In this document: positions 41,346-53,626 of the stretch, one piece after another
How positions within the stretch are numbered: the stretch's first letter is position 1
Layout of the letters: the number at the start of each line of letters is the position of its first letter
DNA from: the human T2T-CHM13v2.0 reference genome, Homo sapiens
Length of the DNA: 64,000 nucleotides
Assembly (NCBI RefSeq): GCF_009914755.1
Contig: NC_060942.1
Strand: one strand, 5' to 3'
Made by a program: the position numbers and the translations under genes
Notes under the pieces: generated by a model
What the model saw: the letters and a program-made list of their open reading frames with translations, nothing else
Told to the model about the DNA's origin: nothing
Database searches by the model: none

Positions 41346-41719
41346 CTTTTCTGCCTCATTATATGGAAGCAAGGTTTATTTTCTCTTGTATTGAGTGAGC
41401 TTCACTTCTATTTATAGTATTAAAGGAAGGGAAGGTCTGCGAAAGTACTTTGAAAGGGAAGTGCTATCCAAATCCAGAATTATTCTGAGGATCTCGTTGG
41501 CCACCTGCCTCAACAATGGCATCATGGGATGGGAAAAGGGAGTTGATGGACAGAGGCTCCTGTCCAAGTGAACAAATTTACATTGCTGGGCACAAAACCT
41601 GAGTCTTTACCACCAAAAGCTGTCAGGAGCCCTCCTGTGCCACCAGATGCTAGCAAGAAATGCTGTCAGGATGCATCAGGGCTATTTAAAATGTATGACT
41701 ATTTCTGTTTTCTTGTTAG

Positions 41720-41802
41720 GAGGGCCTCACGTCAAAGTACAGTTTCAAGCCTTACACCTCATGGTCATGGCGCTGCCTGATGCCAACAGAGATGCAGCTC
41801 AG
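41720..41802 (+). CDS. ARHGAP28: ARHGAP28 RhoGAP exon, (R)GPHVKVQFQALHLMVMALPDANRDAAQ
   Basis: LPxxNR motif; ttcttgttag acceptor, CAG|gtacgt donor, 83 nt phase 1-0. Confidence 0.95.
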
Positions 41803-41888
41803 GTACGTCGTGTCCACCTCACAGCTTGTCCTGGGGCTCTTATTGCTCAGAGGACATGGCTCATATAGGAAAATGAAAGTGGAGATGA

Positions 41889-42287
<399 letters not shown>

Positions 42288-43429
42288 GGTATGTTCTTAA
42301 ACATTTAAGTTTCATTCACTCCATTCATCCCAGAGATGTTGACTGTCTATCCTGTGTCAGGCATTGGGCAAGGTGTTAGGAGTAGAAGAGGCAAAAATGA
42401 AGGCTTAAATAGAACAATGTCATAAGTCAATAAGACCATTATGTAACTTGTAAAATAGATTCTATAATTGCTGGTCCTCAACTACTCACATTAGTCTGGT
42501 GTACTGAAGTGGAAAGAAAACTCTGATGAGCGTCCTCAGGGAGGAATTTGAAATCACTGGTTTAAATTTCTAGCATGTTCACGTTTTTAAATTTGTGAAA
42601 ATAATTCAATTTAAATAGTTCTAGAATTTCAGAATTTTAGAGATCATCTGATAGAATTTGGTCATTTTACATATTAGGAAAATGAAGCAGAAAAGTGGTT
42701 TCTCCACTGATATATAGTAGAACATTTGATAGAATCATATTCTATAGTTTCATCCCCAATTTTTCTCTCTTTATTTCACATTCATTCTTTGCTGTATGTT
42801 GGTAAAAATCAAAGTTTCTCTTGCTCTCTGGATAATCATTCTATATACAATAGGAAATTTGTTTTAAGTACAACAGGTATTTGGAATCTTTGAAATGAAA
42901 TTGAGATAAGGATGAGTTGAAAAGAGATGGTAATTTGAGGCCAGTAAACCTAATGCTGAAAACAAAGATGGTTCTTAGTGCTGCCTCTTATCAGACATTT
43001 CAGTGTGGTAAGGACCTTCCTCCTACACAGCGAAAATATCTATGTCAATTATAATATATGTCGGTCATATTAGATGTCTCCTTGAGGCAAGGACAGAGAT
43101 CAGCTATGACATAAAAATGTCCTTTTCTAATATAATTCAATAATTTTTCAAAAACTGAAAATTTATTAGCTTGTTTTTTCGCTTTGTCTACACAGTGTTC
43201 TTTTATCAAAAAAAAATTCATCTGTTATCAAATATCTGAGTCAAAATGTCATCTACCCTTTCATACAACTGAGGATGCAGCAATTATCAAATAATTCAAT
43301 ACATTTCTAACAAAAGGTCCCCCCAGAACATCACGGGACTGGTGAGGATGTTACACACATGCACTGTCTCTCTCTCTCTCTCTGTCTCTCTAATTTTTTA
43401 TTCTAAATTGTGACTGGAGCTAGGATTGC

Positions 43430-43680
43430 AGCTGGTGTGGGTTAGAGGTCAAGAACTCTAGCTGAAGAATTGGTTCCCTTCGTTCAGATCCTGGCTCTGC
43501 CACTTAAGCTGAACAAAGCTGCTCAGCCGCACTCCACCTCGGTCTCTTCATCTGTAAAATAATAATAGTACCTACCTCACAGGGTTTGGAATAATGATGA
43601 GTGAATATATATAAAGTACTAAGAGTAACGCCTGGCTCGCAGCAAACCCTCAAATGAATGTTAACTATTATTACTATTTA
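43430..43680. mobile_element. MIR
   Basis: ttcagatcctggctctgccactta...catctgtaaaataataatagtacctacctcacaggg. Confidence 0.85.
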
Positions 43681-44451
43681 GTGCTGTTTTTCTCATTGCA
43701 AATACTGTACAGTGGAATTCAAACTTGGAAAACCAAAGAGCACTTCTTTTGGGGATTTCAGTCGTCTTGGTGAATTTAGTATTTATACTTTGATAGCACA
43801 GCAAACTTATATTAAGCTTTCTCAATTCTTTATTTTTTTTAATGCTTAGAAGACCTGCACACAAACATTTGCTTTTGGCCAGCTGTCAATTTCAAAGTTG
43901 AAAAGCAATAGAAAAATAGCACCCAAAAATTCAATTTTTTTATTGTTTAGTTGAGTTTACATTTGGGCTGAGGAATGAGATATTTATGTTGTTTAAATGA
44001 ATTTTCCTTTCCCTAGGAAATTGTAAATAGTTTTCAACAGCAATGCTTTAAGTTAAGGGTATTTTTCAGAATTACTTTTCTTCCTTCACAGCAAAACAAC
44101 CTTTCGTGTTTATTGAACTGCAGCATTTTCTCTTCCCAGTTTATATTTAATTTTAACACTTGTCAGACTCTTTTAGGATAAAAGAAAAGAAAATGCAAAC
44201 CACATTTATAGAAACTGCAATATAATAAAATCCATTAAAATGGCTACTTTTATGAGGCAGACAGTTGAATATACTGCTCACATTTCTTCTCAGTACTTTT
44301 AACCAGTTAGAGGGGAAACATGGTACGTTTAACCATTCTATACTTCTGACAGTTCTCTGGCAGCAGAGTGAATGGGAATAGAATGAATGATAGCAATCAG
44401 GGGCACTTTTGACAGTGTACAATTGTATGACACAATGCTGTTTCTTCTTAG

Positions 44452-44649
44452 GCCCTCATGACATTCTTCAATAAAGTGATTGCCAATGAATCAAAAAACC
44501 GAATGAGTCTGTGGAACATTTCTACAGTGATGGCACCGAACCTTTTCTTCAGTAGAAGCAAACACTCTGATTATGAAGAATTACTGTTAGCAAACACTGC
44601 GGCCCACATCATCCGCCTAATGCTTAAGTACCAGAAGATTTTGTGGAAG
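44452..44649 (+). CDS. ARHGAP28: ARHGAP28 RhoGAP C-terminal exon, ALMTFFNKVIANESKNRMSLWNISTVMAPNLF...LKYQKILWK
   Basis: NRMxxxNxxxxxxPNL RhoGAP motif; tttcttcttag acceptor, AAG|gtgagt donor, 198 nt phase 0-0. Confidence 0.96.
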
Positions 44650-44993
44650 GTGAGTGACATAGTGATGACAGGTCCCCCTCAGAAGTCCATGTCCCCAGGA
44701 AACATAAAGCCTCCATGATTGGGCAACTCCCTTGGTCATAGGGAAGAAATATGAGAAGATAACCCCAGGTGGCTGTGACAGCCTTACACCTTCTGGAAGG
44801 GCTGCTCTTCAACACAGTTTCCCTTTGAAACAGGGATCCACATAATTTTTTCTAAACTTTATAAGGACAATGCCACCATTCCTGGCTCCAGGATACCGAG
44901 TGACTGGGAGGAGTTGCCATGCCTGAAGACAATCTGCTAGGGAGTTTGAATTCAAGTGTTTTCCATCCAGTCCAAGCTATTTTTCTTCTCCAG

Positions 44994-45107
44994 GTTCCGT
45001 CTTTCTTAATCACTCAAGTAAGAAGAATGAATGAAGCCACGATGCTATTGAAGAAGCAGCTCCCAAGTGTCAGGAAGCTGCTCAGGAGGAAGACCCTCGA
45101 GCGGGAG
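44994..45107 (+). CDS. ARHGAP28: ARHGAP28 exon, VPSFLITQVRRMNEATMLLKKQLPSVRKLLRRKTLERE
   Basis: tttcttctccag acceptor, GAG|gtaaga donor, 114 nt phase 0-0. Confidence 0.95.
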
Positions 45108-45880
45108 GTAAGACAGCAAATGAGGCATGGCGATTGTCCACTGCCTAGATTTGTATTCCTCAAAGGGGGGCACAAAGTAGCTTGTCATTTAGAACCAAGC
45201 ATTTTATATTCTCAAGGATCAGGGAGTGTTGTAACTATAAACATCATGGAAAGTGGGTCCATAACAGAGTACCATGGCCTTTGCATCTTGTTGAGAGTTA
45301 TGTGCTTTTTGGTTAAAGTTCTTGAAATATCTCAGTCAGGAAGATTGTTTGATATCCCACCAGAAAGGCTAAAATGGTTCTCGCAAAAGCTGAAAGTCAA
45401 CATTTTAGTCCCTGTCAACTTGATTTAAGGGCAATCCAGTATCCAAATGTCTAATACTTGGGAAAAGAGATTTCTTCATTGATTGGTTAGTAAAGGAATA
45501 GCTAATCCTTAAATTATTTTGTGTAACTTCATTGCATTCCAAGGAATTCAGAGTTTTGTTTTAACACAGTTATTTGTGTGGAGGCACATAATGCCAACAA
45601 GTTTTAGAAGAATTAACTTTACTGCTTTTATCTAACTTGAGGATGATCACAAGTGCCAGACATTGCATTCAACCTTGAGGAGGATGTGGAGATACTTGAA
45701 ATTTACTTTGCCCTCAAAGGAACTTACACCTAATGTGGGAGACAAATGTATATGAGAGCCCCAGGGGCCCAGTAGGGAAGCACCAGGCCAGCTGTGCCAG
45801 GGCCATGCAGAGGACAAGGAATGTGCTCTAGCGTGGGAGACTGTGGATGGCTTCATTGAGGATGCAACATTGGAGCTACA

Positions 45881-46454
<574 letters not shown>

Positions 46455-46752
46455 TTGGAGTTGTATCTTGAAGGATGGATACCACTGTGAAAGGAGGAAG
46501 AGTGAAAGTCCAGGGAAAAGGACAGTAAATGCCAAGGCAGTGAGGCAGGAGGGAGTGTTGTTGATTTATCATAATCATGATGAAAGACTGTATTCTCTGA
46601 CTCATGATAGGCAAAGTGACTTCATATCAAGTAGAACCAATACTTTTATTTAGAAATGAAATTTTAAAAAATTTGTTTTAATTGAGAAAAAATCACATAA
46701 TATAAAATTCACTATTTTAAGCTTTGAAATTATACCAATTCAGTGTGTTTGA

Positions 46753-47015
<263 letters not shown>

Positions 47016-47019
47016 TGAA

Positions 47020-48065
47020 GACTTTTTCTGATAAGTCCAATGTCTGGACTTCCTTAGTTTCTTTAGAAACTGTTGCTTTTTCTCCTTGTGTAGGAGCAAT
47101 ATTTCCTTGACTTTTTTTTACCTAACAGCTATTTGTTGAAGACTGGACATTTTGAGTATTATAATGTAGCAACTTTGGAAATCAGATTCTTCTCCCTCCT
47201 CAGGGTTTGTTGCTTCTGCTCTTGTACCTATTGTTTGTTTGCTTCATGACTTTTCTCCTGAACTGATTTTGTAAAGTCTGTATTCTTTGTTTTGTGTGAC
47301 TATGGAAGTCTGTGATCCATTAGGTTAATGATAACTAATGATTAGACAGAGATTCTCTTAAATGTCTGGAACTGAAAAACCTCCCAGTCTTTGCAGATGA
47401 GCAGTGTGTGTGCTGGGGCACACCTTTAGCACTCAGCCAAGCAGTTTCTAATTCTGCCTGAGTCCTCACTTCCTGCTTGCACAGAACCTGAGGATCAGCC
47501 AGAAGTTTATGTTTTCAGCTGTTTCTCAATCATATGGCCTTTATATTCTCAAGAATATGTTAAGGCTTTTTACAGCCTTTATTTTCCAAAGCATCTCAGT
47601 CTCCAGCCTTGCCTCCCAAGCTTTTTAGTTATCTCTTGTTTTCCTCAATTTCTTCTGATCCACTGCATCAGGCAGCTGTGACAAAAACACTTGCCTGTAA
47701 ACGTTTTTGACATTACACCCCTCTAGCACCCATCAAGTTCCAAGTTAGGCAAGGTAAAGGCAAGCCTTTTGAGCCAGTCTTTGAGGGAGCCACCAGACAG
47801 ATGAGAACAAATCATTAGACTTCTTGAGTGAGGTCCATTCTGCTCCCTGCCAGTACCCATGCCAGAAATGCAGGCTGTTATTTTCAAGGCTATCACTGAA
47901 CTGGAGAGCAGGGATGGAAAAGCATAAGTAAAAATGACACACAGCTCTTCCTCTTACTTAAGCACTCCCCTAGTTGAAGCCTTTGGATTTGTATCCAGAA
48001 TTCTAAGAGTCAATACTGACAGTTTTTGCCAGTTCATCCATTGCTTTTATGGAGGGGCAGCCATT
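47020..48065 (-). mobile_element. Old L1M 5'-region fragment
   Basis: ggacattttgagtattataatgtagcaactttggaaatcagattc, gtttttgccagttcatccattgcttttatggagg. Confidence 0.6.
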
Positions 48066-48431
48066 TTCACTCTGGAAAACCATAACAGTATAATTAAATG
48101 TGTGGAACAGAGGTCAGGTCAGGCCTTGTCAGTTACTACCCATATGAGCCTGGACAAACTACATTCTTTTTTTGAGCCTCAATGTTCTCATCTTATAAAT
48201 TGGGAGGGAGGGCAGATAATGATCTATCTGTTTCATAGAGCTGTCATTAGGATGGACTCACGGTGTGTGTGTGTGTAAACTGTACATTGCTATATCAATG
48301 TCACTTTAATGTTTTATTGTAAATAGAACCAAGATATGGTATTTATAAAGGTTATAAATACCATAAAAGCAAACACTTAAAGACAAAGAAATAGTTTTTC
48401 TTTCGTACTATTGTACTATATTGCTTTTTGG

Positions 48432-48730
<299 letters not shown>

Positions 48731-48744
48731 CACTATATTGTGTT

Positions 48745-49357
48745 TTTATTTTTTAATTTTGATTGGAATAGACAGTTCATTAACAAGTTATAAATTTAGA
48801 AGTCAGGAAAGACCATAGAATAAAAATCAGCCACTTCTGACTTCCCCTCCTGGAGACAAATAGTATCACCAACGGCAGGGTGTGTGTACAGGAACATGCA
48901 GGTGTATAAACCTTCTGAGATGCTCTATCTGCTTACCAGCAAATATCAGTGTATGTTCTTTCCCCTTTAACATGAATGTAGCATACAGGAAACACTGTCC
49001 TGCATCCTGCTTTACTGACTTAACAAATCATGGGGATTATTTTATATCAGTCCACAAAGCCAGCACCTTTGCTTCTCTGCTTCTTTTGCGTGCTATTCCA
49101 TAGACACACAATAAGTTATTTCAGCAGTCTCATATTGGTGAACAGTGTGTGTCTGATCTTTTGCTGTTACAATCTGTGTGTCAGCAAACAAACATCTATA
49201 TACATCATTGTTCACAAATGAAGTATATTTATAGGATAAATGCATAGATGTGGAGCTGTTGGATTAAAGTGCATATACATTTTATAATTTTATAAATATT
49301 GCCAAAATGTTCTCCATAAAGATTGTACCAGTTTACACTTCCAAAAGCAACATATGC
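48745..49357 (-). mobile_element. L1ME-type 3' fragment
   Basis: tataggataaatgcatagatgtggagctgttggattaaag, attgccaaaatgttctccataaagattgtaccagtttacacttcc. Confidence 0.75.
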
Positions 49358-49399
49358 TTGTTTTCTCAACATTACTCCTAAAGACTGTGTTTCTTTTAG

Positions 49400-49456
49400 A
49401 CTGCAAGCCCCAAGACTTCAAAGGTACTGCAAAAATCACCCTCGGCAAGACGAATG
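49400..49456 (+). CDS. ARHGAP28: ARHGAP28 small exon, TASPKTSKVLQKSPSARRM
   Basis: gtttcttttag acceptor, ATG|gtaaga donor, 57 nt phase 0-0. Confidence 0.9.
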
Positions 49457-49944
49457 GTAAGAAAAATAATTTCTTTTCCCTTCCATTAACTCCCTATATA
49501 GTCTTCTCTGGCGACATCCACCACATTTATGTATAATGTTGGTCATGAACTATCCTTCAAACTTGACATTTTCAATGTGGCACATAAAGGAATGGTAGAG
49601 GGACCTGACTAGCTGATGATTCAGAATGTGTGCCTGGGCCTCCTATACACAGCTACAATGCTGTGGAAAGTTATAGGAGGAATAAGATTATTGCAGTCAT
49701 CGGTAAGTAACGTCAGAGTGTGCAACGTATTGTATAGGGAGAGGCTTCTGGGGAGCTGGATGAAATAAGACATAGACGATCAAAGGTGAACTTTAGGAGT
49801 ACAGTCTTGGCTGCAATGAGCCTGGGACTTGGCTCCCACCCAGATCCAAATCCCTCGGTATCTTTTCCTGAACTCCTGCTCTCATGGTCCTTGCTGGTAA
49901 TGTTAGGAGAATACTGTAAGAACTGACTCTGTTCTAAAATATTT

Positions 49945-50403
49945 TGTGTTAGTTCCCTAGGGCTGCCCTAACAAGGTACCACAAATGAGCTGGCATAAAA
50001 CAATAGACATTTATGATTCTTTCACAGTTCTTGAGGCTGAAAGTCCAAAATCAGGGTGTCAGCAAGCTTGGCGCCTTCTGAATGCTGTGAGAGAAGCACC
50101 TGCTTCTTGCCCCTCTCCTCACTTTTGGCGATGCCAGTAATCCTCGGCATTCCTCAGCTGGTCTCAGCCTCCATCTTCACATGGTGTTCTTTCTTGTGTC
50201 TCCATGTCTCTTCTCCTCTTACAAGGATGCAAGTCACTTGGATTAAGGGCACTCCCTACTGCAGTTTAAACCTCATATGTAATGGCCTCATCTTAACTAA
50301 TTACATCTGCAATGACCTATTTCCAAATAAGGTCACGTTTCGAGGTATTGGGGGGTTAGGGCTTCATTTTGTCTTTTGGGGAGACACAGTTCAAACCATA
50401 ACA
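49945..50403 (-). mobile_element. MLT1-family MaLR solo LTR
   Basis: tgtgttagttccctagggctgccctaacaa ... cacagttcaaaccataaca; 5-bp TSD tattt. Confidence 0.9.
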
Positions 50404-51066
50404 TATTTATTCTAGGATATCAATAGAACATTGATAGAATGTGACTCTAGGGAGTCCATTTATATAAATCGTGTACATCACCATCCTTTGAGAAGGTACA
50501 GATTTAAAACAATTAAGAAACACTATCTTTCCCACAGCCACCTACACTGCCCTGCAGTGTTTTCAGCACACTTTGAGAGGTCCCGTTTCAAGTGCCCATG
50601 TGGAATTGAATTTGGACCAGCCATTCATGGCTGCTAACTAAAGAAATAGGGTATTGGAGAAGCCATATTTTCTAACTGACTCTTAAAATTTTCAAAAGGT
50701 TGGTCTTCTTAAAATATATTGAAGTACAGAATTATGCTTAAAGCAGGTTCAGTTAGGAATTTGTTCAAGAAATGCATAAATAGAAACATTTGATTTTTGT
50801 CATAACCCAGTTTTTCCCCCTTAAGATTTTAAGTCATTATAGCAAGACCTGACCATGTGCAGTGAAAGTAAAAACCCAGGTTAAGTTTAGTCATGAGTGA
50901 GTCTCCAGCTGAGAAAGAAAGTAATGTTCCATTCTGGTTAATGTTGATCATAGTGATGTGTTTTCCTAATTCAGAGTAGCACTGATTTTCATATCTCTTA
51001 AGTGCATCATTGAGCTGATATTCATCCTAGTTTGACAGACTGTACTGAATTTCTCCTCCTTGGCAG

Positions 51067-51191
51067 TCTGACGTGCCGGAAGGAGTCATACGGGTCCATG
51101 CTCCACTTCTCTCCAAGGTGTCCATGGCCATTCAACTCAACAATCAAACCAAAGCCAAAGACATATTGGCAAAATTTCAATATGAAAACAG
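51067..51191 (+). CDS. ARHGAP28: ARHGAP28 exon, SDVPEGVIRVHAPLLSKVSMAIQLNNQTKAKDILAKFQYEN(S/R)
   Basis: ctcctccttggcag acceptor, CAG|gtgagt donor, 125 nt phase 0-2. Confidence 0.95.
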
Positions 51192-51465
51192 GTGAGTCAA
51201 TGTGAATGAAGGTCTCTGCACAAGAAGGAAAAACCTTTATCAGATGAATAACTTTCTAGGCATTTACAAATTTGACCTTTTGTAAAATATAGAACCTGTT
51301 GCTTTAGGGAGTTTACCAGTGGATTACGAGAATAAAAAGAGAATGAAGTTAGTAGATATATGATTGCTAACAACAAAAGTTGTTTTTCAAAGGAATTTCT
51401 AGAAATGGGATTCTTAATAGGTATTGTCTATCTTCGTAGCTTCATTTATTCAGTGAGTTTTACCT

Positions 51466-51842
<377 letters not shown>

Positions 51843-52199
51843 TCAGGAATAACATTTTCCTAGGCTTGCATTGACTTTAACATGCCTGTATCAGATAGAC
51901 ATTATGTAGTTAAGTGGATACCATAGCTGTTACTTTCCTTTAAACATACTAATAATAATTCTTAGAATCAGAATGATACTTACAAAAATTATTTTTGCAA
52001 ATCTGCCATGATCACCTTAAAGGGGCGCAGATCATGACAATTTTTGTCTGGACATGCTTACTAAAGAATAAACATTTGTCTTCTTGTTTATAAAGGATGA
52101 GAAGCACTCATTTATCCATTGTAGAGCATGTATGATTTGCTGTCTCTAGTGAGACTGATGGATGGCCTTAAAATGAAGCATTCCAATCATGTTGAAAAG

Positions 52200-52945
52200 A
52201 AGTAGCCTTGTTGAGCAAAAAAGCCAACTGTAAAAGTTAACATATTGCATGATTCCACTTATATAACATTTTTTAAATTAAATTTTATTGATGGAGACTA
52301 GATTAGTTGCCAGAGGTTGGGAGGGATGATTTGGAAGGGAGATGGTTTTGGTCACTAAAGGCCAACATGAAGGACCCTTATGGTGTTGGAACTTGTGGTG
52401 CTGGGATCTTGACTGTGGTGATGGATAACTGACCCTCTATAAAATTCTACTGAAATTAATACACACACACACAAATGAGTATAAGTAAAACTTGGAAATC
52501 TGAATAAGATAGGTAGGTTGTATCAATATCAGTATCCTGATTGTGACATTATGCTGTAGTTCTGTGAATTGTTACCATTGTGGAAAATGGCAGAATACAA
52601 AGAATCTCTCTGTATTATGTCTTAAAACCACATGTGAATCTACAATTATCTCAATAAAAATTTAATTTAAAAGAAAAGTAGCCAGTAAAAGTCATCTATG
52701 GTGTGAGGTAAGGACGGTAGTGTTTCTACCATCAGGAGAAAAACTTGAGAGATGGGTGCACCAAAATCTCAGAAATTACCACTAAAGGGTGTAGTGGAAG
52801 GTAGGGGGTGGAGGAAGGCATAGTGACCAGGAAGGCATGCTGATGGCCTCAAACGTTTTTTTTCTCCTTTTGGTATTAGATTATATGATGTGTTCACTTT
52901 GTGAAAATTCATCAAGTTGTATACTTCTGACTTGTACATTTTATA
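52200..52945 (+). mobile_element. L1MC-type 3' UTR (to about 52670) plus older L1ME 3' fragment
   Basis: atattgcatgattccacttatataacatt, catgtgaatctacaattatctcaataaaaattt, gtgttcactttgtgaaaattcatcaagttgtatac. Confidence 0.8.
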
Positions 52946-53000
52946 TATAATATATACACATATACACACACACATTAACCTGTTTTCCACTTGCTCCAAG

Positions 53001-53139
53001 AATACTGCACTGGCAGCGAGCTGCACTTTCCTTCCTAAATGGAAAATGGGTTAAAAAAGAAAGAGAAGAGTCGACAGAGACCAACAGGAGCCCCAAACAT
53101 GTATTCCTCTTCACTATTGGCCTGGACATCTCCACATAG
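53001..53139 (+). CDS. ARHGAP28: ARHGAP28 alternative terminal exon, (R)ILHWQRAALSFLNGKWVKKEREESTETNRSPKHVFLFTIGLDIST*
   Basis: ttttccacttgctccaag acceptor; phase 2 matches the 51191 donor; TAG at 53137-53139; agrees with a C-terminus I recall for an ARHGAP28 isoform (unverified). Confidence 0.75.
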
Positions 53140-53264
53140 GCAGTCATATAGAGACTTGAAATATCATTCAAGGGATTTGGGTATCCAGTAGACTTTTAGT
53201 TACATATACTACAAAACTGACTTTGTACTCTCAAGTAGACCTTTCGTAGAAAGAAAATGTTTCT

Positions 53265-53270
53265 AATAAA
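53265..53270 (+). terminator. Candidate polyadenylation signal for the alternative terminal exon
   Basis: AATAAA about 125 nt after the stop codon; tgta nearby. Confidence 0.55.
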
Positions 53271-53336
53271 AATGTATTAGAACTAATGACTGCAGAGAGA
53301 CTCAAATCTTTTATAACAACTTGTTCAAAAAATCTT

Positions 53337-53626
53337 AGTAACTCAGGAATGGAAAACCAAACATCATATGTTCTCACTCGTAAGTGGGAGCTAAGCTGTG
53401 AGGATGTAAAGGCCTAAGAATGACACCATGGACTTTGGGGAGTCAGGGGCAAAAGGGGGAAGAGGGTGAGGGATAAAAGACTATAAATTGGGTTCAGTGT
53501 ATACTGCTTGGGAGATGGGTACACCAAAATCTCAGAAATTACCACTACATAATTTACTCATGTAACCAAATACCTGTTCCCAAAAAACCTATGGAAAGAA
53601 AAAACTTTTAAAATAATAATAATTAC
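53337..53626 (+). mobile_element. L1PB-type 3' end, 5'-truncated
   Basis: agtaactcaggaatggaaaaccaaacatcatatgttctcactc ... catgtaaccaaatacc; TSD aaaaaatctt. Confidence 0.9.

Noticed and set aside
50056-50415. 119-aa ORF
   Set aside because: Almost entirely within an MLT1 LTR
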